Positions 1-8,232 of a stretch of 32,000 nucleotides of DNA are shown in pieces. The DNA comes from Candidatus Scalindua sp. (GTDB taxonomy: Bacteria; Planctomycetota; Brocadiia; Brocadiales; Scalinduaceae). The notes beneath the pieces were generated by a model, which was not told the DNA's origin, searched no databases, and saw only the letters and a program-made list of their open reading frames with translations. Both the position numbers and the translations under genes were made by a program. The stretch lies in assembly GCA_031316235.1 (NCBI GenBank), contig JALDRA010000001.1:3330001-3362000 (forward strand), given 5' to 3'. Each line of letters opens with the position of its first letter. Positions within the stretch are counted from its first letter, which is position 1.

Positions 1-118
1 CATTGACGGTCATTTCACCGTGGGGTCTCTCCGCCGCTTTGTTTCTGCAGCCTGTGCAGAAGAAAATTGACAATAAAGGAAAAATTAAGAGAAGAAATCC
101 TGATAAGACTTTTGTCAT
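1..118 (-). CDS. Putative lipoprotein, N-terminal fragment (gene runs off the left edge)
   Basis: A minus-strand ATG (plus-strand cat at 116..118) opens MTKVLSGFLLLIFPLLSIFFCTGCRNKAAERPHGEMTVN. It has a charged N-terminus, a hydrophobic core and a Cys-containing lipobox-like TGC. The frame stays open to position 1. It is absent from the ORF track because it is truncated. Confidence 0.35.
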   Translation of the reverse strand, partial: MTKVLSGFLLLIFPLLSIFFCTGCRNKAAERPHGEMTVN

Positions 119-526
119 ATTACGCCACCATTGTTTTTACCTGAATTGAACGATTCGTGATCAAATAAACATAGGGGATTTCTTGCCCGGCTGGGAAAAG
201 AACTTTCACCTGATGGATTGTACCAATTATTTGCATATCCGGCTAATTATAAATGATAACTGGTAGATAATGATGGAGGATAGCTCAAATCAGTTTGCTG
301 CAGCAACAATTCACTTATTCCATGTCCATGGCTGCGTTTATTCAGTGCGTGAACGAAAACCTTCATCCTTGTCCCATACCCTTTTCTTCTTTGACTGCAA
401 CCAATCCACCGGTGCTGTTATCTGCCACAATTTTTAATGCCTTCTATAAGGTATCTTCAGGTGCAGCGGTAAAGATCCCTCTCTGCGTATCCTGGATAAT
501 TGGTTTTACAGATATCTTATAACCCT

Positions 527-1042
527 TCACCGGCTTTTTTTATTAAATTCCCAGCTATCGAGTACTTCCAGAAGCATCTGTTTGGATGACGATTTCAGTA
601 TGCTCCCTGATGAAAGGACAAAGGAGTGTTTTATCTCCACATAGTCCCCGAATTCCTCTAAAATATTTCTGAAATATGAGTCATATTCCTTAATATTCCT
701 GAAAGCATAAATTATTATGTGGGTTATGTCTGTCTCAGGTATTGCATAGCATCTGATAGCATTATTCGGCTTTAAAACCTTATCTAATTCGTTGTTCTTG
801 AACTTTTTAAAAACACTGGGTAATATCTTTATCAAAGCAATTGTATGTATGTTTACGCCTAATTTTTCATAATCAAGGCTTAATTCCTGGTTTTTTATAA
901 ACCCTTTCTCTGTGAGCTGCTTCCGTATCTTGCCGACACCCTGGGAGGTTATCTCAAGCTTATTTGATATTTCCTGGTTTGTACTTAGTGGATTCTGGAC
1001 CAGCAGCTTAAGTACATGCACCTCGTTCTTTGTGAGTTTCAT
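527..1042 (-). CDS. Lrp/AsnC-like transcriptional regulator
   Basis: 171-aa ORF. The N-terminal segment looks like a winged HTH (LSTNQEISNKLEITSQGVGKIRKQLTEKGFI). The C-terminal half begins LDYEKLGVNIHTIALIKI, which is the layout of Lrp/AsnC regulators. The family call comes from the remembered pattern, not a search. Confidence 0.55.
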   Translation of the reverse strand: MKLTKNEVHVLKLLVQNPLSTNQEISNKLEITSQGVGKIRKQLTEKGFIKNQELSLDYEKLGVNIHTIALIKILPSVFKKFKNNELDKVLKPNNAIRCYAIPETDITHIIIYAFRNIKEYDSYFRNILEEFGDYVEIKHSFVLSSGSILKSSSKQMLLEVLDSWEFNKKSR

Positions 1043-1214
1043 TATGAAACCTCCCCTTTGTCATGCTGCCCTGTTGGTTTTATTATTGAACGGAATTCTG
1101 CGGAAGGTTTATAGTAGGAAAATATATTGCAGGTGTCAATATGTTTTATACACGGTAACATTAAAGGGTAATATATCAGATGGAATCGTAACGAGTGAAA
1201 ATATAGCCGTGGAT

Positions 1215-1234
1215 GCATGAGATGAGTATACTTC
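1215..1234 (+). repeat. Solo end fragment of the intergenic repeat family (3'-terminal motif only)
   Basis: gcATGAGATGAGTATACttc matches the 3' terminus of copies A-D (for example copy B, cagtATGAGATGAGTATACttt). I could not align the upstream sequence convincingly to the rest of the element. Confidence 0.3.
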
Positions 1235-1562
1235 AGAGATATCTTTACGAGAATATGACAGTTGGCAGCATGGTTTTTAAAGAGCGGAAGTAATACAATC
1301 ACGCAGTGGTGAATAGTATTGGACAAACGAGAGTCTGATAACTACAATCTGTATCGAGACGTAACAGAATTCAAGCATTGGAGGCGGAAATCTGCTCCTG
1401 TCAAGGGTGAAATCGTAAGGAATAGTTTTCAGATGAGGGCCTTCCCGTGTAAATGGTAATTTCCATGGATTACATTTTTTGTGCGTCACCACGCCAGGTG
1501 GAATGCACAAACTTGAAGGAATAAAGGCATTTTACAAAAATTTTACAGAAAGCTGAGTTATC

Positions 1563-2051
1563 ATGAACCCTATATCGTCAGATATTGTTGAGAAGACGTG
1601 GAATACGATATCAGAAACATCTGATCATATGGCATCAGAAATGGTTAAGCATATGGGCGAACAACAGCCGCTTATGTTAGCGTATCTTATGGAAGCAGGA
1701 GGTGATGAATTAAACCAGGAAGAGCGTGAACACTTACTCTACTTGGGTATTGTTGTGTGGCAGATAATGCTACAGGGGAAGACATCACCTCCTGTGATAA
1801 ATGAAGAGATACTGGAGGGAGTTGAGGATCTTAACATTAAGATGCTGGAATATGTCGAGGGAGAACCTGATTCTGAATTTATCGATACCGTACAAAAGAT
1901 CATAAACAGTTACAATCAGCCGGAGATCCTGCGGTATATTGTTGAAGCCCTGATGGAAGATCCGGAGGAGGAGGAATGTATGATAAGAGATGAGAATATC
2001 GGATTACTGTTTATCTACCTTAAGACGGTTATTGACTGTTTTGATAAGTGA
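1563..2051 (+). CDS. Hypothetical acidic protein
   Basis: 162-aa ATG ORF with Glu/Asp-rich, protein-like composition. It ends 57 nt before the likely cobD start on the same strand. I recognise no motif. Confidence 0.5.
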   Translation: MNPISSDIVEKTWNTISETSDHMASEMVKHMGEQQPLMLAYLMEAGGDELNQEEREHLLYLGIVVWQIMLQGKTSPPVINEEILEGVEDLNIKMLEYVEGEPDSEFIDTVQKIINSYNQPEILRYIVEALMEDPEEEECMIRDENIGLLFIYLKTVIDCFDK

Positions 2052-2108
2052 CTTTTCTGACACCGATTATTGAGAATTTTACGAAACTTTTATGAAAAGA
2101 TATTAATT

Positions 2109-3206
2109 ATGCTTGATGGACATGGTGGCAATAGTAAGAAAATGGGTAATCTTTATGGTATTGATCCAGGAGAAATTCTCGATTTCAGCGCAAACATAAA
2201 TCCTCTTGGCTATCCTGATTGTGTCCGTACGGCTATTCTTGACCGTTTTGACGATATACTGAGCTATCCGGACAGTGAATGCACAGACCTCAGAAACGCT
2301 ATTGCCGTGAAGTATTCCTGTAATGAGGCAAACATAATGGCGGGGAATGGTTCAAATGAACTCTTCTATCTGATACCCCGTGCTCTTAAACCGGGAAGCG
2401 GTATTATTCTGCAACCAACCTTTGGTGAATTTCAAGATGCATTGATTAGCGCAAATGTTGAAATTACAGATGTTATGAATGAGGATGACAATTTTCCCCT
2501 CTTTAACCTGCAGGACTCGCAGTTGAAAGCGTGCAGGGAGGAGTTGATTATTTTCTGTAATCCCAATAATCCTACAGGCCAACTTGTTCCGAGAGAAGAG
2601 ATTGTGAAATTTGCAGAGGATAATGCGGAGAGGTTTGTTGTCATAGACGAGGCCTTTATGGATTTTGTTGAGGAGGAGGAGAGGTTTAGTGTCTTACAGG
2701 ATGTGCACACATTGAAAAACCTCATCGTGGTTCGATCATTGACAAAATTTTACGGCTTTCCCGGGCTCAGATTGGGGTTTCTCGTTGCGAGTACTCCCAT
2801 AATGAATAAATTATGGAAGCTTAAGGAGCCATGGACCGTCAACTCATTCGCCCAGGTTGCAGGTAAAATTGCCCTTAATGATGACGCATTTGCCGTGAAG
2901 ACCAGGGAGTTTGTGTCGAGTGAAAAAATATTCTTGTATGAAGGACTTTCTCAGATTGAGGGATTACGGCCATTCTATCCATCGGTAAATTTTATATTGA
3001 TAAGAATTGACAATGAAAATCTCATCTCTTCAATACTCCAGAATCTCTTAATCAGAGACAAGATTATTATACGTGATTGCTCAAACTTTGTAGGCCTTAA
3101 CGAAAACTATGTGCGTGTTGCCGTAAGGTCACGGAAGGAAAACCAGAGATTACTCGATGCAATGAAAGAAGCTGTGCGTATAGCAGAGAGTTCAGAGATG
3201 ATGTAG
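2109..3206 (+). CDS. cobD: L-threonine-O-3-phosphate decarboxylase (CobD, aminotransferase class I/II fold)
   Basis: N-terminus MLDGHGGN (the HGGN motif typical of CobD/CobC-type enzymes), CNPNNPTG, and the PLP-lysine block VRSLTKFYGFPGLRLGF. I chose the internal ATG at 2109 over the track start at 2070 because it places HGGN at the N-terminus. cobQ and cbiB are adjacent. Confidence 0.75.
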   Translation: MLDGHGGNSKKMGNLYGIDPGEILDFSANINPLGYPDCVRTAILDRFDDILSYPDSECTDLRNAIAVKYSCNEANIMAGNGSNELFYLIPRALKPGSGIILQPTFGEFQDALISANVEITDVMNEDDNFPLFNLQDSQLKACREELIIFCNPNNPTGQLVPREEIVKFAEDNAERFVVIDEAFMDFVEEEERFSVLQDVHTLKNLIVVRSLTKFYGFPGLRLGFLVASTPIMNKLWKLKEPWTVNSFAQVAGKIALNDDAFAVKTREFVSSEKIFLYEGLSQIEGLRPFYPSVNFILIRIDNENLISSILQNLLIRDKIIIRDCSNFVGLNENYVRVAVRSRKENQRLLDAMKEAVRIAESSEMM

Positions 3207-3272
3207 CTTATCATGCAATACACATATCCAGAAATCATTGCAATGGGGATAATAAGCAAGAGAGAGGCTTAT

Positions 3273-3788
3273 TCAGGCCTCGCTTTCGGAAACTGACTCT
3301 TCGGCGCGTTCCCTGACTGAAAAGTATTGAGAAGAAGAGGATTTACCTCCTTTGTGGATATCGGGAGATTCCCACCAGACCGTAAAACTTCCTGAATAGG
3401 TTATCTCCTGGATATGGTCTTCAGGTTCATCGGCAAATTCACCATCGAAGGTAGCACGAATGTTCAGCAAGCTGGGAGCCTCAATTCTTGCATACAGTTC
3501 CTTGATAACCTCCTGTTTGCCGTGGATGTCCTGGTATATTGAATTACCCACATTTTGACGTTCTTTAAGAATGCGTATTGAATTGTCAAGAGAGGGAGAA
3601 ATGTTGAGTCCGAAGAGTTTACCAATTTTCTGTACAGAATCATGGGGAATCACAAATGAAGGGCCATCAATCCCATTAAACTCTTTCCAGCTTGCATGAG
3701 TAGAATCCGAATAATTTTTCTGAAAAATAGTAACCCCGGCATCATGGAGTTCAATTCTCTTTACTTCTCTAAATTTTTCTCTATTCAT
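3273..3788 (-). CDS. Hypothetical protein (opposite-strand gene inside the cobalamin cluster)
   Basis: The track ORF 3273..3836 begins with GTG. The first ATG (plus-strand cat at 3786..3788) gives MNREKFREVKRIELHD... and has a G-rich stretch about 10 nt upstream. I recognise no motif. The C-terminus is acidic and Ser-rich. Confidence 0.5.
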   Translation of the reverse strand: MNREKFREVKRIELHDAGVTIFQKNYSDSTHASWKEFNGIDGPSFVIPHDSVQKIGKLFGLNISPSLDNSIRILKERQNVGNSIYQDIHGKQEVIKELYARIEAPSLLNIRATFDGEFADEPEDHIQEITYSGSFTVWWESPDIHKGGKSSSSQYFSVRERAEESVSESEA

Positions 3789-3878
3789 AAAGAAGACCCC
3801 CTGTGGAAACAAGTTAATGTGTAAGAATACAAGCACATGTCGGGCAAGATTCCCAGAAATGGATAACGGAATATTTTT

Positions 3879-3993
3879 ATATACTCACCTCATACTGGAT
3901 TTCGGATAAAATCCGAGCTAAAAAGGATCGAGTAAAGTCCTCGGCGCTTTTTGTCCGGGGATACCAGTGACCAGGCTTTGGTTTCAGTATATC
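3879..3993 (-). repeat. Intergenic structured repeat, copy D (inverted orientation, lacks hairpin-1 module)
   Basis: The reverse complement reads gATATACTgAAACCaaagcctggtcactGGTATCCCCGGACAAAAAGCGCCGAGGACTTTACTCGatcctttttagCTCGGATTTTATCCGAAAtccagtatgaGgTGAGTATAt. It aligns with copies B and C, except that the 14-bp hairpin module is absent. Confidence 0.85.
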
Positions 3994-4312
3994 TACGATA
4001 TGCTGAATGCCTGATGTGAATCCTCGGTACAGTAACAAATGCGGGGGAAAATACTCGGCATTTCTGAGCATAGGAGAATTTTAGCTTTTATATTACCGTA
4101 TGTCAATTGAATAGGTAGTTTTTGTTGCATAAAAAACCCTCCTTCAAAGGGGGATTTGAATTAATCCGGGGATGTCATGATTGATGAATTCCCCAGAAGT
4201 TTTCCGCTTGCCATTTCCTGCTGATAGTCCATAATACCTTGTCAGCCTGAAGGGTTGTAAATTGATAGTAAAGAGGGTAAGTCTGGAGTCTTTTTCCGGA
4301 AGGGAACAATAC

Positions 4313-5995
4313 GTGTCAGCTAAGGCAATAATGGTTCAGGGTACAGGGTCGAATGTAGGGAAAAGTATTATTGTATGTGCCCTCTGCCGGATTTTCCATG
4401 AAGACGGTATCCGCGTCGCCCCATTCAAGTCTCAAAATATGTCACTCAATTCATACGTGACCCTGGATGGCAAGGAGATGGGGCGGGCTCAGGTCGCACA
4501 GGCGTATGCATCAGGGTTACATCCCGTGGTAGAGATGAATCCTATTCTTCTGAAACCTACAGGAGAGAATGGGTCACAGGTGATTGCAATGGGCAGGCCG
4601 GTAAGGAATATGAAGGCGAGCGAATATTATGAGAATAAAGAGTGTATGTTGGACATTGCGATCAAGGCATATGCAACGCTTGAAAAACAGTTTGATCTCA
4701 TCGTTATTGAGGGAGCCGGAAGTCCGGCAGAGATTAATCTGAAGGACAACGATATAGTGAATATGAAGATGGCGGAGGTTGCCAACGCACCCGTAATACT
4801 TGTGGTTGATATTGAACGGGGAGGAGCTTTTGCATGGGTTGTTGGTACGCTGGAACTTTTGGACAGTGCAGAGAGGGATAGGGTGTCCGGGGTAATTATA
4901 AACAAATTCCGGGGAGATCTGGAGATACTGAAGCCCGGGATACAGATGCTTGAAGAGAAGATCAACAAACCTGTTTTGGGTGTTATTCCCTATTTTAATG
5001 ATATAAAGATTGACGATGAAGATTCTGTCTGCCTGGAACGTAAGGGAAACAGCAGGGGAAGTTATTGTGAAATGCCGGAGAGTGAATGCATAACTATTGC
5101 CGTAATAAGATTACCCAGCATATCCAATTTTACAGACTTTGATCTGCTCAGGCATGAAAAAGGAGTACGGCTGGTTTTTATAGAGACGGTATCATCTTTC
5201 GGTACACCTGATTTAATCATCATACCGGGCACAAAAAATACGATTGGTGATTTAATGTTCATTCAAGAGAATGGAATTGCTGCCAGGATACTTGACCTTG
5301 CAGAAAAAGGGTCTATGGTCATCGGGATTTGCGGAGGGTATCAGATGCTGGGAAATGAGATCAGGGATCCTCAGAACACGGAATCCTCCTCTTCCCACAT
5401 AAAGGGTCTCGGCCTCCTCGATGTTGTGACCACTTTTTTCCCTGAGAAAATTACGTATCAGGTGAAAGCGAGGTTGTATGATAATTCGATCGGATACTTA
5501 CATGGCGTTGCCTGCCAGTCTGCTCAAAGAGCAGCGGGGGGGGAGGATTCCACAGGTAATATTCCCTATGAGGTTACTGGTTATGAGATTCATATGGGTG
5601 AAACGGAGTTATTGGAAGAGGCGTTACCCTTTTCAAGGATTATTGAGAGATCCGGGAGGGTAATTCAATCCGGAAAATCAGACAAGGGCGAGTATCCAGG
5701 CCTGAACGATGGGGCAGTTTCCCGTGAAGGAAATGTGATGGGGACCTATCTACACGGGATTTTTGACAACGATATATTCAGGTTGGACATCATTAACACT
5801 CTGAGACAAAAGAGAGGTCTCTCTCTTTTGTCTCAGAGTGAGTTAACGGTTGCGGATAGTGAGAAAGAGAAACACTATAAGAGACTTGCAGACTTGACCC
5901 GGAAACACCTGGATATGGACTTGATCTATACTTTAATCGGCAGAAACTCTTCAGCTGCCGGGGCAGGACTCTCCGGCGTCAGCATGGAAGTTTGA
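4313..5995 (+). CDS. cobQ: Cobyric acid synthase
   Basis: AIMVQGTGSNVGKSIIVCALCRIF (the CobQ/CbiP N-terminal nucleotide-binding block) and a C-terminal glutamine amidotransferase with GICGGYQMLG and GTYLHGIFDN. The start is uncertain. GTG 4313 has GGAAGGGA 7 nt upstream. The alternatives are ATG 4331 and the track's TTG 4262. Confidence 0.9.
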   Translation: MSAKAIMVQGTGSNVGKSIIVCALCRIFHEDGIRVAPFKSQNMSLNSYVTLDGKEMGRAQVAQAYASGLHPVVEMNPILLKPTGENGSQVIAMGRPVRNMKASEYYENKECMLDIAIKAYATLEKQFDLIVIEGAGSPAEINLKDNDIVNMKMAEVANAPVILVVDIERGGAFAWVVGTLELLDSAERDRVSGVIINKFRGDLEILKPGIQMLEEKINKPVLGVIPYFNDIKIDDEDSVCLERKGNSRGSYCEMPESECITIAVIRLPSISNFTDFDLLRHEKGVRLVFIETVSSFGTPDLIIIPGTKNTIGDLMFIQENGIAARILDLAEKGSMVIGICGGYQMLGNEIRDPQNTESSSSHIKGLGLLDVVTTFFPEKITYQVKARLYDNSIGYLHGVACQSAQRAAGGEDSTGNIPYEVTGYEIHMGETELLEEALPFSRIIERSGRVIQSGKSDKGEYPGLNDGAVSREGNVMGTYLHGIFDNDIFRLDIINTLRQKRGLSLLSQSELTVADSEKEKHYKRLADLTRKHLDMDLIYTLIGRNSSAAGAGLSGVSMEV

Positions 5996-6016
5996 AAGGG
6001 TCACCAGGTTACCTCA

Positions 6017-7063
6017 ATGTATACATATCTCGCCTTGCAAATCGGTATAGCCTTTCTTCTGGATCTTATCATTGGAGACCCGCGCTGGTTCCCCCATCCG
6101 GTAAGGTTGATAGGAAAGGGGATTGAATTACTTGAAATGATAGTGAGGTGGTTGTTTGGATTGGAGAGATTTAACGGTACCGTGTCTGCGGGGCATGTAA
6201 TTCCGGACAGAAAGAGAGAGAGGCTGGCAGGTATTGTCCTGACGGGGGCGATAGTATTCGGGACATACTTCATAACATACGAGATTGTAAGCTTTGGAAA
6301 ATACCTGGGGCAGTTGTGGGAGGTAGCTGTGGGTGCCATAATTATCTACTTTTCCCTCTCAACCCGGGATCTTTTGAGAGAAGCCAGGGGTGTCCTTCAT
6401 ACACTTAAATCCGGCAGAATCGTGCAGGCTCGCGAGAATCTCAGCAGAATTGTTGGAAGAGACACCGGAGAACTTGATGAAGAAAAAATTACAAGGGCCT
6501 GTGTGGAAACCATTGCCGAAAATAGTGTAGACGGGATAATAGCGCCGATTTTTTATGCCGTCTTGGGAGGACCTGCGCTTGTAATGGCCTATAAGGCAAT
6601 TAACACACTCGATTCAATGGTTGGGTACAAAAATGCCGAGTACCTTCATCTTGGATGGGCATCTGCCAGGTTCGACGACATCGTAAACTTTCTTCCTGCC
6701 AGGCTCGCAGCCATACTGTTACCACTGTCTGCCTGGATGTGTGGAGCAAGTTTTTTCCGGTCGATACGAATAATTAAAAGAGATGGACAAAAACATCCGA
6801 GTCCCAATAGCGGAATTCCTGAGGCTGCAGTTGCTGGGGCATTGGGCATAAGACTTGGGGGAACCAGTTCGTACCGCGGAGTTGTCACGGAAAAACCCTT
6901 TATCGGTGATGAAGAGCAGAAGGTAGGTATTGATCATATAAGAGATACGGCAAATATTGTGTTTGTAGCATCAGTTTTGTCAGTCTCTACCGGTATTATA
7001 GCTTTATTGATAGTTTCTAAAATTATTCAGTGGCTGATCTGGGCAGGTTCAGTTCAACCATAA
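6017..7063 (+). CDS. cbiB: Adenosylcobinamide-phosphate synthase (CbiB; called CobD in the Pseudomonas nomenclature)
   Basis: LLDLIIGDPRWFPHPVRLIGKGIELLE at the N-terminus, IAENSVDGIIAPIFY, and PNSGIPEAAVAGALGIRLGG. It is a multi-pass membrane protein and starts 22 nt after cobQ. Confidence 0.85.
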   Translation: MYTYLALQIGIAFLLDLIIGDPRWFPHPVRLIGKGIELLEMIVRWLFGLERFNGTVSAGHVIPDRKRERLAGIVLTGAIVFGTYFITYEIVSFGKYLGQLWEVAVGAIIIYFSLSTRDLLREARGVLHTLKSGRIVQARENLSRIVGRDTGELDEEKITRACVETIAENSVDGIIAPIFYAVLGGPALVMAYKAINTLDSMVGYKNAEYLHLGWASARFDDIVNFLPARLAAILLPLSAWMCGASFFRSIRIIKRDGQKHPSPNSGIPEAAVAGALGIRLGGTSSYRGVVTEKPFIGDEEQKVGIDHIRDTANIVFVASVLSVSTGIIALLIVSKIIQWLIWAGSVQP

Positions 7064-7084
7064 GGTTTCTGTCCAAATAGTATG

Positions 7085-7140
7085 CAGTAAGTGGTAAATG
7101 GTAAGCAGTGAACAGTAGGCAATATGCAAAATAGGAACAG
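7085..7140. repeat. Heptamer-periodic tract (about 8 units, consensus CAGTAAG)
   Basis: CAGTAAG TGGTAAA TGGTAAG CAGTGAA CAGTAGG CAATATG CAAAATA GGAACAG, read directly from the sequence. It is intergenic, just after cbiB. Confidence 0.3.
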
Positions 7141-7356
7141 ACCCTGAAGTCTTAAGTGTTCACCTTAGCATTTCAGATTGCAGACTGCGGAATGCATTCA
7201 TTGCAAATTTAACAATTAGCAGTAAATGTATTGTGAAATATTATGATCTTAAAATGGTCAACTGTGTGTTTATGAGCGATAACGAAAGCAGATTAAAAAA
7301 ATTTTTTATAGATTTGATACAGAAGCAGTATCCTCCGGTATGAAACTTTTTAGGTG

Positions 7357-7473
7357 AGTATACTAAAACCTATTTGGTTTTCGGTTTTACCGGAAACCAA
7401 ATCTTGGTTGCAGTCATACTCGCTCAATTTTATCTCGGATTTTATCCGAAAACCATTATAAGATGAGTATACT
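7357..7473 (+). repeat. Intergenic structured repeat, copy A (lacks the central module)
   Basis: AGTATACTAAAACCtATTTGGTTTTCGGTTTTACCGGAAACCAAATCtTGGTtgcagtcaTACTCGCTCAATTTTATCTCGGATTTTATCCGAAAACCATTaTAAGATGAGTATACT. Relative to copies B and C it lacks about 28 nt (GGTATCCCCGGACAAAAAGCGCCGAGGACTT). Confidence 0.85.
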
Positions 7474-7780
7474 TTGAAAAATGGATGCAAAGAGAGGATT
7501 GGCTTGAACATGTAGCCATACAGAAAGTTTGAACTGACGTACATTATAAACTTTATAAACCTTAATACTCCGATGTCTCTATTTCAAAAAGAAGAAATTA
7601 ATCAAGAGTTATTAAAACTAAAGAATAAAACAAAAAGCAGGAGGCCTGAATATCATTTAGAAATCATCACAGATTAAAATGCTGATCCTTACTTTTTCTC
7701 TTTTTATTTCTTTTACTTAAACTCTTTTCAAGTGAATTCCCGTCATTATGAAAAACCAAAACCAGACGAAAGATTAATTC

Positions 7781-8232
7781 GTGAGTCCACAAGATATTAT
7801 TGATGAAAGTTTTCACATTATTGAAGACCTTGCAGACTTTGATAAAATCCCGAAGACGTCCAGGCAGATGATACAGAAAAAAACGGTGAAATTCTGGGAG
7901 ATTGTGATGGGGGTTGTTGTAAAGGTATCAGTTCCGGAGGGAGAGGAGTTGGTGAAGAAGACCTTTAACTGACACCCAGGTATTATGGGGGGGGGCTATT
8001 TCCATTATCGGGACGTCTGGTATTGTAAAACCCATGTCTCTGGATGCATTCAATGTCTCTCTGGTGTGTGAATTAAATGTTGCAAAAGCTTCGGGATATG
8101 AGACAATCGTGCTTGTTCCGGGTGGTATTGGTGAAAGAGCTTTATCAAAACCAGCAGATGATATCTTAATGAACATATGCGGGAGGGAGTGTGTCGTCCT
8201 GCTGTTATCGGTGTTTCAAAGGATTATAGAGA
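7781..8232 (+). pseudogene. cbiD: Cobalt-precorrin-5B methyltransferase (cbiD) relic: central block only, with an in-frame stop and a homopolymer frameshift
   Basis: The frame from 7781 reads ...IPKTSRQMIQKK...VVKVSVPEGEELVKKTFN, then TGA (7970..7972), then HPGIMGGG. After the G9 run at 7987..7995 the match continues in the +1 frame: AISIIGTSGIVKPMSLDAFNVSLVCELNVAKASGYETIVLVPGGIGERAL. This parallels the CbiD core as I remember it from Salmonella ([35 protein letters not shown]...LVPGNHGERF). The first ~130 and last ~150 residues of a normal CbiD have no counterpart. Confidence 0.6.

Noticed and set aside
295-522. A 75-aa plus-strand ORF in the left intergenic region.
   Set aside because: It has no SD, a Cys/Phe/Ser-rich low-quality composition and no motif. 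The opposite strand shows the only protein-like fragments here; see the low-interest CBS-like finding.
1042-1510. Two minus-strand ORFs (1042-1326 and 1277-1510) in the divergent promoter region between the regulator and the gene at 1563.
   Set aside because: Their composition is unlike real proteins, they overlap each other and have no translational signals. The region is more plausibly promoter or leader DNA and contains a repeat end fragment.
1043-1562. A search for a cobalamin (B12) riboswitch upstream of the cob genes, here and at 4072-4312. Segments such as AGCGGAAG...GGTGAATAG...AGTCTGATAAC looked superficially similar.
   Set aside because: The elements are in the wrong order, and there is no GCCACTG-type core or convincing B12 box. 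Only cmsearch with RF00174 could settle it.
7344-7472. The repeat copies are open in one forward frame (for example YTKTDLVFGFTGNQILVKVSPDKKRRGLYSLNFISDFIRKTIVR in copy C), and the track lists ORFs through them (3877-4071 and 7350-7544, minus strand).
   Set aside because: There is no start codon. The indels between copies change the frame, so the peptides are not conserved while the nucleotide sequence and hairpins are. This is the behaviour of a non-coding element.
7970-7972. The in-frame TGA in the cbiD fragment, considered as a possible selenocysteine or recoding site.
   Set aside because: CbiD is not a selenoprotein family, I see no SECIS-like hairpin immediately downstream, and the gene is also frameshifted and truncated at both ends. 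A pseudogene is the simpler reading.
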